DNA from: an uncultured delta proteobacterium
GTDB taxonomy: Bacteria > Desulfobacterota > Binatia > Binatales > Binataceae
DNA length: 64,000 nucleotides
Reading direction: 5' to 3'
NCBI GenBank assembly: GCA_963734845.1
Contig: CAVTIS010000010.1
Location: forward strand, 28,795 to 92,794
Part shown: in pieces, positions 29,880 to 40,573 of the stretch
How the letters are laid out: each line of letters starts with the position of its first letter
Position numbering within the stretch: the stretch's first letter is position 1
Made by a program: the position numbers and the translations under genes
Notes under the pieces: generated by a model
Database searches by the model: none
Seen by the model: only the letters and a program-made list of their open reading frames with translations
What the model was told of the DNA's origin: nothing

Positions 29880-30083
29880 CTCAGTGGAGAACTTTGTGGT
29901 CGGCGCGGTCCGATGTCAAACGTCGCGCACTCATTATTGATCAGAGCTTTGCCATAACCGAGTGCGGACGGAGTAATTTTCCTTTGCCGACTTCGGAAGC
30001 CATCGAGGTTTTTCCGTCCCTACAAGATAATGAGCGTTGCGCCGGACGCTGCGGCGCGACGCGACGCGTGTTAACCTTCAAAC

Positions 30084-30512
30084 ATGCCCAGGCCAATATG
30101 CCCGCCGATCGCGGCCGACGTGATCGCCGAAATCGGAAGCAACATCGTGCTGATCGAGCGGCGCAACTTTCCCTTCGGATGGGCACTTCCGGGCGGCTTC
30201 GTCGACGTCGGCGAAAGGGTCGAAGACGCCGCGGTGCGCGAGTTGCGCGAGGAGACGACGCTCGAAGTCGAACTGCGCGCGCTGCTCGGGGTTTACTCGC
30301 GCCCCGACCGCGACCCGCGCGGCCATACGGTCACGATGGTTTATGTCGGGCGCGCGCACGGCGAACCGCGCGCCGCCGACGACGCCAAGGGAATCGGCTT
30401 GTTCGCGCCCGATGAGCCGCCCGCGCCGCTCGCCTTCGACCACGCCGAGATTCTCGCCGACTACCTGCGCTTCATCCGTACCGGCGAGTTGCCTGCGCCC
30501 TGGCGCCGTTAG
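30084..30512 (+). CDS. NUDIX hydrolase
   Basis: [37 protein letters not shown]. Confidence 0.92.
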   Translation: MPRPICPPIAADVIAEIGSNIVLIERRNFPFGWALPGGFVDVGERVEDAAVRELREETTLEVELRALLGVYSRPDRDPRGHTVTMVYVGRAHGEPRAADDAKGIGLFAPDEPPAPLAFDHAEILADYLRFIRTGELPAPWRR

Positions 30513-30559
30513 CGAAGCGCCAGCTGGCTAACCTAGTGACCCATCGCTTTCTGGACCTG

Positions 30560-30692
30560 ACAAGGATCCGAGGTCTCTCGACTCCGCAGGCGCGCTCGGG
30601 ATGAAGGCCGCGAAGGACTCGGGATTTTCGCCATGATCGCTCAGCAAGGATCGGGGTCCTTCGACTCGCGCAGCGTTCGCTCAGGATGACAA
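30560..30692. repeat. REP-like half elements (GTCATCC family)
   Basis: TCGACTCC...CGCTCGGGATGA and GGGGTCCTTCGACTCGCGC...CGCTCAGGATGACA between convergent genes. Confidence 0.75.
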
Positions 30693-30726
30693 AAGAAGCA
30701 AACTCGCGAATTTCTGACTCGGCGCA

Positions 30727-31929
30727 CTAACGCATGATTTCGCGCGCCAGGCGCTCGATGCGGTCGAAGGCCTGGTTGAGCTTCTCGCGCGAAGTCGCGT
30801 ACGAGATCCGCACGTGGTTGGGCGCGTCGAAGTCGTTGCCGCCGACGATCGCGACCTGCGCGTCGTCGAGGATGATCGAGGCGAGGCGGTCGCCGTCGCC
30901 GATCGGCGCGCCTTTGTACTCGCGCTTGAGCATCGCCGAGACGTTGACGAAGGCGTAGAACGCCCCGTCGGGCACGTTGGGCAGGCTGAAGCCGGGAATC
31001 CGCCGCACGCGCTCGACCACCAGGTCGCGGCGCGCGTGGAACTCGGCCGCCATCGTGGCGATTTCGTCCTGCGGTCCGGTCAGCGCCTCGACCGCGGCGG
31101 CCTGCGCGATCGAATTGGGATTGCCGCTGTTCTGGCTTTGCAGACGCGTCGCCGCAGCGATCGCCTCGCGCGGCCCGGCGGCGAACCCGATGCGCCATCC
31201 GGTCATCGCGTAGGCCTTCGAGAGCGTGTTGAACACGAGTCCGCGCTGTTTAAGACGCGGCTCGATTTCGAAAATGTGCGGCACGCGCCCGACGTAGGCG
31301 ATATGCTCGTAGGCGTCGTCCGACATCACCCACACTTCGGGATGGTCCACCAGCACCCGCGCGAGCGCGGCGAGTTGCGCCGCGTTGTACACGGCGCCGG
31401 TCGGATTGGAAGGCGAATTCAGCATGATGCCGCGGGTGCGCGGGGTTATCGCGCCCTGCAGCCGCTCGGGATCGAGCAGGAAGCCGCCGCTCTCCGGACA
31501 GGCGACCAGCTTCGGGTCAGCGCCGCTTAGCTGGACCATCGCGACGAAGCTGACCCACGCCGGTGTGGGCACGATCACCTCGTCACCCTCGTCGAACAGG
31601 CTCGCCATCAGGTTGGACTCGGCGGGCTTGCTGCCGGCCGAGGCCATTATCTCGGCGGGCTCGTAGTCGAGATGGTTGTCGCGCTTGAGCTTGAGGCGGA
31701 TAGCGTCCTTGAGCTCGCGCGTGCCGGCGACCGGGGTGTACTTGGTCTTGCCCGCGGCGAGCGCGCGGCGAGCGGCTTCCTTGATACGTTCGGGGGTGTC
31801 GAAGTCGGGCTCGCCGGCGGCCAGCGGAATGACGTCGACCCCGGCGGCCCTCAATTCGGTCGCGCGGGCGTCGGCCGCCAACGTGGCCGACGACTTGATC
31901 GCGGCTACTCTGCGGTTGAGCTTGAGCAT
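30727..31929 (-). CDS. aspC: class I/II PLP aminotransferase (aspartate aminotransferase-like)
   Basis: GEPDFDTP, NSPSNPTG, SDDAY, LSKAYAMTGWRIG, GAFY, RISYA. Confidence 0.88.
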   Translation of the reverse strand: MLKLNRRVAAIKSSATLAADARATELRAAGVDVIPLAAGEPDFDTPERIKEAARRALAAGKTKYTPVAGTRELKDAIRLKLKRDNHLDYEPAEIMASAGSKPAESNLMASLFDEGDEVIVPTPAWVSFVAMVQLSGADPKLVACPESGGFLLDPERLQGAITPRTRGIMLNSPSNPTGAVYNAAQLAALARVLVDHPEVWVMSDDAYEHIAYVGRVPHIFEIEPRLKQRGLVFNTLSKAYAMTGWRIGFAAGPREAIAAATRLQSQNSGNPNSIAQAAAVEALTGPQDEIATMAAEFHARRDLVVERVRRIPGFSLPNVPDGAFYAFVNVSAMLKREYKGAPIGDGDRLASIILDDAQVAIVGGNDFDAPNHVRISYATSREKLNQAFDRIERLAREIMR

Positions 31930-32011
31930 CTCCAGTTCCTGATGTGTATTCCCTGGCGCGTCCGATGAAGAGCGGCGCGCGAGACCGCCAAGCCTAGCAG
32001 ACGGGAGCGGC

Positions 32012-32527
32012 TCAGTCGATTTTGAGCTTGGCGCGCAGCCGGTTCATCACCATCTCGGGCACCAGCTCGGGCAGCCGCTTGCCGTAGCTCGCGACTTCCT
32101 TGATCAGGCGCGAGGCCGAGAAGAACAGCTTGGGGTTGGCGAACAGGAACACGGTCTCGACCTGCGACCACATCTGGTTGTTCATGTGCGCCATCTGCAG
32201 CTCGTAGTCGAAGTCGGTCACGGCGCGCAGGCTGCGGATGATGATGTGGGCGCCGATGCGCTGGGCGTAGTCGACCGAGAGGCCGCTGAACTTGTCGACC
32301 CGCGCGCGGGGCTCGAGGTCGCGGATGGTTTCGCGGATCATGTCGACGCGCTCGTCGGGCGAAAACAGCGCGGGATCCTTGTGTGGATTGTAGGCCACCG
32401 CGACGATCACTTCGTCGAAAATCGCGACGCTGCGGCGAATGACGTCGATGTGCCCGTTGTGAATCGGGTCAAACGTCCCCGGGTAGATAGCGCATCTGGG
32501 CGCCGAGTCCTTGCCTTTGCTCACCAT
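32012..32527 (-). CDS. coaD: phosphopantetheine adenylyltransferase
   Basis: YPGTFDPIHNGH, RSLRAVTDFDYE. Confidence 0.96.
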   Translation of the reverse strand: MVSKGKDSAPRCAIYPGTFDPIHNGHIDVIRRSVAIFDEVIVAVAYNPHKDPALFSPDERVDMIRETIRDLEPRARVDKFSGLSVDYAQRIGAHIIIRSLRAVTDFDYELQMAHMNNQMWSQVETVFLFANPKLFFSASRLIKEVASYGKRLPELVPEMVMNRLRAKLKID

Positions 32528-32545
32528 GCCACGCTGCCGCCTGAG

Positions 32546-33109
32546 TTAGCGCGCCGCCGGCGCGCGGTAAAGAGCGATCCGATGATCGCCCAGGGTTGCA
32601 CAATTGATCTCCTCGAGTCCCGCCGGCGAAAGCTCCGGCGCTCGGCCGGCCTGGCGCACGACCACGTAAGCGTCGGCGTCGAGCAAGCCGCCGCGGGCGA
32701 GCGAGCTCAGCACCGCGGCGCTCGAGTCGTCGCGATACGGCGCGTCGACGAACACCAGGTCGAAGAGCGCGCCGCGCGCGCGAAGCGCCGCGAGCGCACG
32801 CTCCACACCGGCGACGATGACCTCGGCGCGCTCCTGAAGGCCAAGCACGCGCAGGTTGTCGCGAATCGCGGCGGCGGCCTCGCGCGAGGAGTCAACGAAG
32901 ACCGCGCGCGCCGCGCCGCGCGAGAGCGCTTCCAGACCCAGCGAGCCACTGCCCGCGAACAGGTCGAGCACGCGCGTGCCCGCAAGCTCGGTGCGCGCCG
33001 CCAGGCGCGAGAAAATCGACGCGCGCACGCGCGCGGTCGCGGGCCGCGTCAGCAGACCGCGCGGCGCGCGGAGCCGCCGCCCATGGGCCTCGCCCGCGAT
33101 GACTCTCAT
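32546..33109 (-). CDS. rsmD: 16S rRNA m2G966 methyltransferase
   Basis: MRVIAG...GRRL, LDLFAGSGSLGLEALSRGA, FVDAPY; rsmD-coaD order. Confidence 0.93.
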   Translation of the reverse strand: MRVIAGEAHGRRLRAPRGLLTRPATARVRASIFSRLAARTELAGTRVLDLFAGSGSLGLEALSRGAARAVFVDSSREAAAAIRDNLRVLGLQERAEVIVAGVERALAALRARGALFDLVFVDAPYRDDSSAAVLSSLARGGLLDADAYVVVRQAGRAPELSPAGLEEINCATLGDHRIALYRAPAAR

Positions 33110-33500
33110 CGCGCTCGCGCTCCGCAAGCGCCGGCGTTGGCGCGCAAGGCGGCAATATTCATGAGCAATCGGTGTCGCAACAATCAATTTTCGGCGTCCC
33201 CGGGCCGACGGGCGGACCATAGCCCAGTCGCCGGATTGCCGCAAGTTTGCGCGCGGCGGTGCCGATGGCCTCGGCGCTCTGGCGCAGGCCGCCGATTTGA
33301 GTTACCTATTTTAGGATTTCTGGATTGGCCATTAGCACTCAGAACACGGAAAATTCTTCGGAAATTCTCCGGCTGAAAGGTCAGGTTATAGTGGAGTCGG
33401 CCGCGACCAGCTCTGAAGTTTGCTTTTCTCCTGCCGCGCTCGACGAATATCGCGCGCCGCTGGGACTCTATCCGATCACCCCCGCGACTAATCGACGAGC

Positions 33501-34625
33501 TTGCCGCCCGTGCTGATTGACCTCCTGATAGAAGCAGTCAAGGCGATCATCGTCGTGGTGATGGTGCTCAATCTGGCGGGCTTGCTGCTGTGGGTCGAGC
33601 GCAAGGGCAGCGCGCTCATCCAGGACCGAATCGGGGCCAACCGCGCCTCGATAACCGGGCTGGGCAAGCGGATGGGGCTGCCCAACTTCGGGCTGGTCAA
33701 CACCCTGATCGCCGATCCGTTGAAACTTTTTACCAAGGAAGACTTCGTGCCCGACGGGGCCGACAAGTTTCTCCACGCGCTCGCGCCGTTTCTCGCGCTC
33801 TTTCCGGTCATTATCACCTTTGCGGTGGTGCCGTTCGGCGACGTGGTGCAAATCGGATCGCGCACGATCACGCTGCAGGCGGCCAATATCAACGCCGCCG
33901 CGCTCTACATCCTGGCGACCATCGGAATCGGCGTATACGGAGTCGCGCTGGGCGGATGGTCTTCGAACAACCGCTGGGCGCTGCTCGGCGGCATTCGCGC
34001 GACCGCGCAGATGATTTCGTACGAGATTGGGATGGGGCTCGCGATCATCGCGATCGTGATGACTTACGGGACGCTCGACTTGCAGGCGATGTGCCGTGCG
34101 CAGGGCGGAGTATGGTTCGGCTTTTTGCCGCGCTGGGGAATCTGCCTGCAGCCGGTGGCGTTCCTGATACTGCTGACGGCCGGGATGGCGGAGTCCAAGC
34201 GGGTGCCGTTCGATTTACCCGAGGGCGAATCCGAGTTGGTGGCGGGTTACTTCACCGAGTACTCGGGCGGCAAGCAGGCGGTCTTCATGATGACGGACTT
34301 TGCCGAGATCGTGCTGGTCGCGGTGCTGATCACGGTGTTTTTTTTCGGCGGATGGCAAGTGCCGTGGCTCTATCGCGACGGCTTTCACTTTCCCGGCGGC
34401 GCCCATCTTTGGGTCCCGCAGCTGCTGGTCGCGATCCTCGGCCTGGTGGCCTTCATGATCAAAACGATGGCGTTTTGCTGGCTGCAGATTCTCATCCGCT
34501 GGACGCTGCCGCGCTTTCGCTACGACCAGTTGATGCGCCTGGGCTGGAAGGGTCTGGTGCCGCTCGGCCTGGCCAATATCGTGGTCACTGCGATCGTGGT
34601 GGTGCTGGCGTCGGGGGCGCACTGA
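33501..34625 (+). CDS. nuoH: NADH-quinone oxidoreductase subunit H
   Basis: ERK....IQDRIGANR, D.LKLFTKE, SYE, R.PFDLPEGESELVAGY.TEYSG, R.TLPRFRYDQLM. Confidence 0.95.
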   Translation: MPPVLIDLLIEAVKAIIVVVMVLNLAGLLLWVERKGSALIQDRIGANRASITGLGKRMGLPNFGLVNTLIADPLKLFTKEDFVPDGADKFLHALAPFLALFPVIITFAVVPFGDVVQIGSRTITLQAANINAAALYILATIGIGVYGVALGGWSSNNRWALLGGIRATAQMISYEIGMGLAIIAIVMTYGTLDLQAMCRAQGGVWFGFLPRWGICLQPVAFLILLTAGMAESKRVPFDLPEGESELVAGYFTEYSGGKQAVFMMTDFAEIVLVAVLITVFFFGGWQVPWLYRDGFHFPGGAHLWVPQLLVAILGLVAFMIKTMAFCWLQILIRWTLPRFRYDQLMRLGWKGLVPLGLANIVVTAIVVVLASGAH

Positions 34626-34640
34626 CGGGAGCGCATTGAG

Positions 34641-35210
34641 ATGACGCCTGGAGTATTCATGTTCCTCGCCGCGCTCGCGGTGATCTCGGCGCTCGGCACG
34701 GTCGTGCAGCGCAATCCCGTGCACTGTCTGCTCGCGCTGGTGGTGACGCTGTTGACGATCGCGGTGATTTTTATTGGCCTGGACGCGGTGGCGGTCGGCT
34801 TTCTGCAGGCGATCGTATATGCCGGCGCGATCATGGTGCTGTTCCTGTTCGTGGTCTGGCTGCTCAACCTGCAGGCCGAGTTGCGCAGCGTCCCCGGCTA
34901 TCTCGCGCTTAAGGCGATCTCGGGGCTGCTCTGTGCAGCGTTAGTGGCGGAGCTGTTCGTGCTGCTGGGATATGCGCCCAGCGCGGGCGGCGCTCAGGCG
35001 GCCGCGCCCACCGACTACGGATCGATCGAGACGCTCGCCACGACGCTCTTTTCCGACTACCTGATCGCCTTCGAGATAACCTCGGTGCTCTTGCTGGCGG
35101 CGATCGTCGGCGCGATCGCGCTGGCCCGGCGCACACCGTCCTCGCAGGCCGCCTCTGCGCGGGTTGTAGCGGCCGCAGATGCGCGGGCCGGGTCGGAGGG
35201 GGGCGCCTGA
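34641..35210 (+). CDS. nuoJ: NADH-quinone oxidoreductase subunit J
   Basis: [28 protein letters not shown]. Confidence 0.93.
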   Translation: MTPGVFMFLAALAVISALGTVVQRNPVHCLLALVVTLLTIAVIFIGLDAVAVGFLQAIVYAGAIMVLFLFVVWLLNLQAELRSVPGYLALKAISGLLCAALVAELFVLLGYAPSAGGAQAAAPTDYGSIETLATTLFSDYLIAFEITSVLLLAAIVGAIALARRTPSSQAASARVVAAADARAGSEGGA

Positions 35211-35212
35211 CG

Positions 35213-35515
35213 ATGGTTCCGATGAGCTACTTCGTGGGGCTGAGCGCCGTGCTCTTCGCGATCGGCGTCGCCGGCGTGCTCTTGCGGCGCAACATTATCG
35301 TGATCTTCATGTCGATCGAGATCATGCTCAACGCGGTCAACCTGGCGTTCGTCGCGCTGGGGCGGCGGCTGGGCTCGATGGACGGGCAGGTGATCGTGTT
35401 TTTCGTGATGACGGTGGCGGCGGCCGAAGCCGCGGTGGGCCTCGCGATCATCATCTCGATCTTCCGCAACCGCGAGACCGTCAATGCGGACGAGCTCAAC
35501 CTGATGCGCTGGTGA
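35213..35515 (+). CDS. nuoK: NADH-quinone oxidoreductase subunit K
   Basis: RRN....[24 protein letters not shown]. Confidence 0.96.
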   Translation: MVPMSYFVGLSAVLFAIGVAGVLLRRNIIVIFMSIEIMLNAVNLAFVALGRRLGSMDGQVIVFFVMTVAAAEAAVGLAIIISIFRNRETVNADELNLMRW

Positions 35516-35534
35516 ACGGAGCGGCGGTAGATTC

Positions 35535-37457
35535 ATGACGGCACAATTTCCTGCGCTCGCGCTGATCCTGCTGTTCCCGGCGCTGGGCTTCCTGTTCAAC
35601 GTGTTTTACGGCCATCGCGCCGGCCGCGGCGCGGTCAATCTGGCCGGTCCGGGAGTGATCTTCCTCGCCTTCGCGATTGCGCTGTGGGGTTTCGTGCGGC
35701 TCGCGGCAATGCCCGCGGGCGCGGCGCTCGAAGTGACGCTGTGGCCGTGGATAGTCGCGGGCCAGTTCCATACCGCAATCGCGCTCCGCCTCGACGCGCT
35801 CTCGGCCGTGATGACGCTTATCGTGAGCGGCGTCGGCGCGGTCATCCATCTATACTCCGTCGGCTACATGGCCCACGACGAGGACTACGCGCGCTACTTC
35901 GCCTACCTCAATCTGTTCGCGTTCTCGATGCTCGTCCTGGTGCTGGCCGACAATCTGCTGCTGATGTTCGTCGGTTGGGAGGGCGTGGGCCTGTGCTCTT
36001 ACCTTCTGATCGCGTTGTGGTACGACAACGCGCAATTCGCCTACAACGGGCGCAAGGCTTTCGTGGTCAACCGGGTCGGCGACGCCGGGTTCATCCTGGG
36101 CATCCTGACGATTCTCTCCGCGCTCACCGCGCATGGCGTGTGGACGCTGAACTTCGCCGACCTGCAGGCGCATCGCGCGATGCTCGCGCCGGTGGCTACG
36201 ATGGCCGGGCTCTTGCTGCTGCTCGGCGCGACCGGCAAGTCGGCGCAGATTCCGCTTTACGTGTGGCTGCCGGACGCGATGGTCGGCCCGACGCCGGTCA
36301 GCGCGCTTATCCATGCCGCGACCATGGTGACTGCCGGCGTTTACATGATCGCGCGGCTCAATTTCCTCTACACGCTCACGCCCGACGCGATGTACGTGGT
36401 CGCAGTCGTGGGCGCCGTGACCGCGTTCTTCGCCGCCACCATCGCGGTGGTCCAGACCGACATCAAGCGCGTGCTCGCCTACTCGACCATCAGCCAGCTC
36501 GGCTACATGTTCATGGGAGTGGGCGCGGGCGCGTTCGCAGCCGGCATCTTTCACGTGATGACGCATGCGTTTTTCAAGGGTCTGTTGTTCCTGTGCGCCG
36601 GGTCGATCATCCACGCGCTCGACGGCGAGCAGGACATGAGCCGGATGGGCGCGCTCTGGCGGCGGATGCCGATAACCTACGCCACGATGCTCGCGGCGAC
36701 CCTCGCGATAAGCGCGGTGCCCGGCTTTTCAGGTTACTTCTCCAAAGACCTCATCCTGGAACGCACGTTTGCCGCGGGCTTCGCGGGGCTCTGGCTGATC
36801 GGCATCATCACCGCCGGCCTCACCGCGTTCTATATGTTCCGCCTGTTGTTCCTGACCTTTCATGGAAGCTCGCGGGTCGCGCCCGACACCCACGTGCATG
36901 AGTCGCCGCCGGTGATGACCGTGCCGCTCGTCATCCTGGGCGTGCTCTCGGTGGTTGGCGGATGGGTCGAGTTGCCCGACGGGTGGCTGTGGGGCGGTGC
37001 CTTTACGCGCTGGCTCGCGCCCGTGCTCGGAACGTTTCATACGGAGGCCGCGCGCGGCGCCGCCACCAGCGCGATCGGATGGGTCGCGCTGGCGGCGACG
37101 TTCATCGGTTTCGCGCTCGCCTACATCCTTTATATACAGACACCCGCGCTGCCCGGACGAATCGCCGCAAGCGCGAGCGCGCTCTACCAGGTGCTGGTGC
37201 GCAAGTACTACGTCGACGAACTTTACAACGCGGTCTTCGGGCGCTTTCTGTTCTGGGGATCGGAAAACGTGCTGAACCGCGGCGTCGACCACGGCCTTAT
37301 CGACGGCCTCGTCGACGGCACCGGCTCCGGCGTCGAGGTGGCCGGCCAGGCCACGCGGCGCTCGGAGACCGGCAACGTTCAGATGTACGCGTTTGTCTAC
37401 CTGGTGGGCGCGGTGGGAATCGTCGCCTACTACGTTTACCTGGTGATGGTGCGCTGA
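35535..37457 (+). CDS. nuoL: NADH-quinone oxidoreductase subunit L
   Basis: GWEGVGLCSYLLI, GKSAQIPL..WLPDAM.GPTPVSALIHAATMV, HAFFK. Confidence 0.96.
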   Translation: MTAQFPALALILLFPALGFLFNVFYGHRAGRGAVNLAGPGVIFLAFAIALWGFVRLAAMPAGAALEVTLWPWIVAGQFHTAIALRLDALSAVMTLIVSGVGAVIHLYSVGYMAHDEDYARYFAYLNLFAFSMLVLVLADNLLLMFVGWEGVGLCSYLLIALWYDNAQFAYNGRKAFVVNRVGDAGFILGILTILSALTAHGVWTLNFADLQAHRAMLAPVATMAGLLLLLGATGKSAQIPLYVWLPDAMVGPTPVSALIHAATMVTAGVYMIARLNFLYTLTPDAMYVVAVVGAVTAFFAATIAVVQTDIKRVLAYSTISQLGYMFMGVGAGAFAAGIFHVMTHAFFKGLLFLCAGSIIHALDGEQDMSRMGALWRRMPITYATMLAATLAISAVPGFSGYFSKDLILERTFAAGFAGLWLIGIITAGLTAFYMFRLLFLTFHGSSRVAPDTHVHESPPVMTVPLVILGVLSVVGGWVELPDGWLWGGAFTRWLAPVLGTFHTEAARGAATSAIGWVALAATFIGFALAYILYIQTPALPGRIAASASALYQVLVRKYYVDELYNAVFGRFLFWGSENVLNRGVDHGLIDGLVDGTGSGVEVAGQATRRSETGNVQMYAFVYLVGAVGIVAYYVYLVMVR

Positions 37458-39016
37458 TGGGGGGCTACTGGCTGACCGCGCTTGTCTTCACGCCGCTGTT
37501 GGGCGCGCTGTTCGTGCTGGCGCAGCCCGAGGCGCGCGCGACCTGGCGCGCCGGCTTTATCTTCTCGCTGATCCCGCTCGCGATTTCGCTTTATCTCTTC
37601 GCGACCTTCGACGCGTCCGCGGCCGGTTACCAGTTCGTCGAGCAATCCGCGTGGATTCCGCAGTTCGGCATCTCGTATCACCTCGGGATGGACGGGATCA
37701 GCCTGTTCCTGGTGTTGCTGACGACGGTGTTGTTCGCGCTCTCGATGCTTTATTCGGGCGGCGGCGATATCGAGACCCGGCCGCGCGAGTTCTGTTTTTT
37801 CATGCTGGTGCTCGAGATGGGGCTGCTGGGCGCGCTGCTGGCGGTCGACCTGTTCCTGTTTTACGTGTTCTGGGAGCTGATGCTGATCCCAATGTACTTC
37901 CTGATCGGAATCTGGGGGCACGGGCGCAAATATTACGCCGCCTTCAAGTTCATCCTGTACACGATGCTCGGCTCGATCCTGATGCTGGTCGCGATCCTGT
38001 ACCTGGTAAATGCCGCGCGCGCGCAGCTTGGCCATCTGACCTTCGATTTGCCGGCGCTCTACGGTGTCGCACTCAGCCATCGCGAAGCTACCTGGCTGTT
38101 CGCCGCCTTTGCGCTCGCCTTTGCGATCAAGGTTCCGATGTGGCCGGTGCATACGTGGCTGCCCGACGCGCATACCGAGGCACCCACGGCGGGCTCGGTC
38201 ATCCTGGCCGGCGTGATGCTCAAGATGGGAACGTATGGTTTTCTGCGCTTCGCGATTCCGCTCTTTCCAGAGATCGCGATCGAGGCGGCGCCGCTATTCC
38301 TGGCCCTCGCGGTGGTCGGAATCATCTACGGCGCGCTGGTCGCGATGGTGCAGCCGGACTTGAAACGCCTGGTCGCCTACTCCTCGGTCAGCCACCTGGG
38401 CTTCGTGATGCTCGGAATTTTCGCGCTCGACCCACAAGGAATGGAAGGCGCGATCTACCAGATGCTCAACCACGGCATATCGACCGGCGGTTTATTTTTG
38501 CTGATCGGGATGATCTATCTGCGCCGTCACACGCGCGAGATTTCCGAGTTCGGGGGCCTGTGGAAGAGCGTCCCGATTTACGCCGCCGTGTTCATGGTGG
38601 TGATGCTCTCGTCGATCGGGCTGCCCGGGCTCAACGGGTTCGTCGGCGAGTTCCTGATCCTGCTCGGCACCTATCTCAGCAAATCGCTGGCCGCCGAAAT
38701 CGCCGTCGCCGGGCTCATCCTCGGCGCACTCTACATGCTCTACGCCTATGAGCGCGTGATGTTCGGGCCGATCACCAAGGCCGTCAACCGGACGATCGCC
38801 GACCTGAGCGCGCGCGAGATCGCGGTGATGGCGCCGCTCATCGCGCTGATGCTTCTGATGGGGCTTTATCCGCGGCCGCTGCTCGCGCGGATGGAACCGT
38901 CGGTGGGCGCGCTGATGGGCCGCGTCCACGCCGCCCAGGCGCGAATCGATCGCCGCCAGCACGAAGTGCGCGCGCTCGCGGCGCTTTCCGAGTCCAAAGC
39001 CGTGGCCGCCAAATGA
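37457..39016 (+). CDS. nuoM: NADH-quinone oxidoreductase subunit M
   Basis: FYVFWE..LIPMY, KVPMWPVHTWLPDAHTEAPT, AYSSVSH, GLPGL.GFVGEF; ATG overlaps the nuoL stop. Confidence 0.96.
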   Translation: MGGYWLTALVFTPLLGALFVLAQPEARATWRAGFIFSLIPLAISLYLFATFDASAAGYQFVEQSAWIPQFGISYHLGMDGISLFLVLLTTVLFALSMLYSGGGDIETRPREFCFFMLVLEMGLLGALLAVDLFLFYVFWELMLIPMYFLIGIWGHGRKYYAAFKFILYTMLGSILMLVAILYLVNAARAQLGHLTFDLPALYGVALSHREATWLFAAFALAFAIKVPMWPVHTWLPDAHTEAPTAGSVILAGVMLKMGTYGFLRFAIPLFPEIAIEAAPLFLALAVVGIIYGALVAMVQPDLKRLVAYSSVSHLGFVMLGIFALDPQGMEGAIYQMLNHGISTGGLFLLIGMIYLRRHTREISEFGGLWKSVPIYAAVFMVVMLSSIGLPGLNGFVGEFLILLGTYLSKSLAAEIAVAGLILGALYMLYAYERVMFGPITKAVNRTIADLSAREIAVMAPLIALMLLMGLYPRPLLARMEPSVGALMGRVHAAQARIDRRQHEVRALAALSESKAVAAK

Positions 39017-40515
39017 CGCAATTCAACTGGAGCGTAATCGACTTCGCCTGGGTGCCTATTCTGCCGCTGATCGTAGTGGCGGCGGGTGCGATGGGCGTGC
39101 TGCTGGTCGGCGTGCAGATCGACGACGAGGACAGCGGCGGCCTGGGTATCCTGTCGATCGCGCTGCTGGTCTTCGCCGCCATCCTGACGATGCTGCTCTT
39201 CGGCGGGCGCCCTTCGCTGGCCTTTTCGGGCGCACTCTCGGTCGGCAGTTACAGCGCCTACTTCGAATTGCTGGTGCTGTTCGCCGCCGCGATGACCGCC
39301 TTGATCTCGGTCGAGTACGCCGCCGAGCAGGAGTTGGCCGGCGCCGAGTATTACGCACTGCTGATGTTCGCCGCGCTCGGCATGATGCTGATGGCCGCGG
39401 GCGACGACCTGATCGTGATCTTCCTGGGCCTCGAGACCATGTCGATCGCGGTCTATGCGCTGGCCGGCTTCCTGCGCCGCGACCCGCGCTCCAGCGAAGC
39501 TGCGCTCAAGTACTTTCTGCTTGGCGCGTTTTCCACCGGCTTCCTGCTCTACGGTATCGCGCTCATCTACGGCGCCACCGGTTCAATCAAGCTCGAGCCG
39601 ATCGAGGCCGCGCTCTCGCGTCCGGCGACCGACAATGCGCTGCTGCTCACCGGGGTCGGCCTGCTGCTGATCGGCTTCGGTTTCAAAGTCGCCGCCGTGC
39701 CCTTCCATATGTGGACGCCCGACGCCTATGAGGGCGCGCCCACGCCGGTGACCGCGTTCATGGCAGTCGGGGTGAAGGCCGCGGCGTTCGCCGGCTTCAT
39801 GCGCATCTTCATGGTTCACCTGGGGCCGCTCGGCCCGCAGTGGACCACGATGCTATGGGTGATGGCCGCGCTGACGATGACGGTGGGAAACCTGGCTGCG
39901 CTGGTGCAGACCAATATCAAACGGATGCTCGCGTACTCGGCGATCGCGCACGCCGGATACATCCTGGTCGGGATGACCGCGGTCGCCTCGCCGCGCGCCG
40001 GCGGCGCAATCTTGTACTACCTGCTCGGGTACGCCTTCACCAACCTGGGCGCGTTTGCGGTGGTCGTGGCGCTCGAGCGGCGCGGTGCCCGCCGCGACGA
40101 TATCGCGGACTACCGCGGCCTCGCGACGCGCCATCCGATGCTCGCGGCCGCGATGGCGCTGTTCATGCTGTCGCTGACCGGAGTGCCGCCGCTCGCCGGC
40201 TTCTTCGGCAAGTTCTACATCTTCTCGGCCGCGCTCGATGCGCATCTGCTGTGGCTGACGATCATCGCCGTCGTCAACAGCGTGATGTCGGCCTATTACT
40301 ATTTGTCGGTGCTGATCGCGATGTATGCGCGCGAGGGCGGCGTCGAGCCAGTGGCGCCGCGCACGCGGCCGGCGCTGGTAGCGGCGCTGGTGATCGCGGC
40401 GGTCGGCACGGTCGCGATCGGACTTTTCCCGCAGCCCTACATCACCAGCGCCACGGACGCGTTTGCCTCTGCGCTCGGCAACCCGCCGCATCATCACGTC
40501 GTGCTGAACCGCTAA
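39013..40515 (+). CDS. nuoN: NADH-quinone oxidoreductase subunit N
   Basis: EAALKYF, FKVAAVPFHMWTPDAYEGAPTP, KRMLAYS.IAH, GVPPLAGF.GK. Confidence 0.96.
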   Translation: MTQFNWSVIDFAWVPILPLIVVAAGAMGVLLVGVQIDDEDSGGLGILSIALLVFAAILTMLLFGGRPSLAFSGALSVGSYSAYFELLVLFAAAMTALISVEYAAEQELAGAEYYALLMFAALGMMLMAAGDDLIVIFLGLETMSIAVYALAGFLRRDPRSSEAALKYFLLGAFSTGFLLYGIALIYGATGSIKLEPIEAALSRPATDNALLLTGVGLLLIGFGFKVAAVPFHMWTPDAYEGAPTPVTAFMAVGVKAAAFAGFMRIFMVHLGPLGPQWTTMLWVMAALTMTVGNLAALVQTNIKRMLAYSAIAHAGYILVGMTAVASPRAGGAILYYLLGYAFTNLGAFAVVVALERRGARRDDIADYRGLATRHPMLAAAMALFMLSLTGVPPLAGFFGKFYIFSAALDAHLLWLTIIAVVNSVMSAYYYLSVLIAMYAREGGVEPVAPRTRPALVAALVIAAVGTVAIGLFPQPYITSATDAFASALGNPPHHHVVLNR

Positions 40516-40573
40516 CTGTTGGTTGGCAGTGGTTATCTAGCTCGCGCGCGCGAGCGAGGCGAGAGAGATTGCG

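Noticed and set aside
33332-33358. TTAGCACTC upstream of nuoH, resembling a CIRCE element
   Set aside because: Only the left arm is present; after 9 nt the sequence is AAAATTCTT, not GAGTGCTAA
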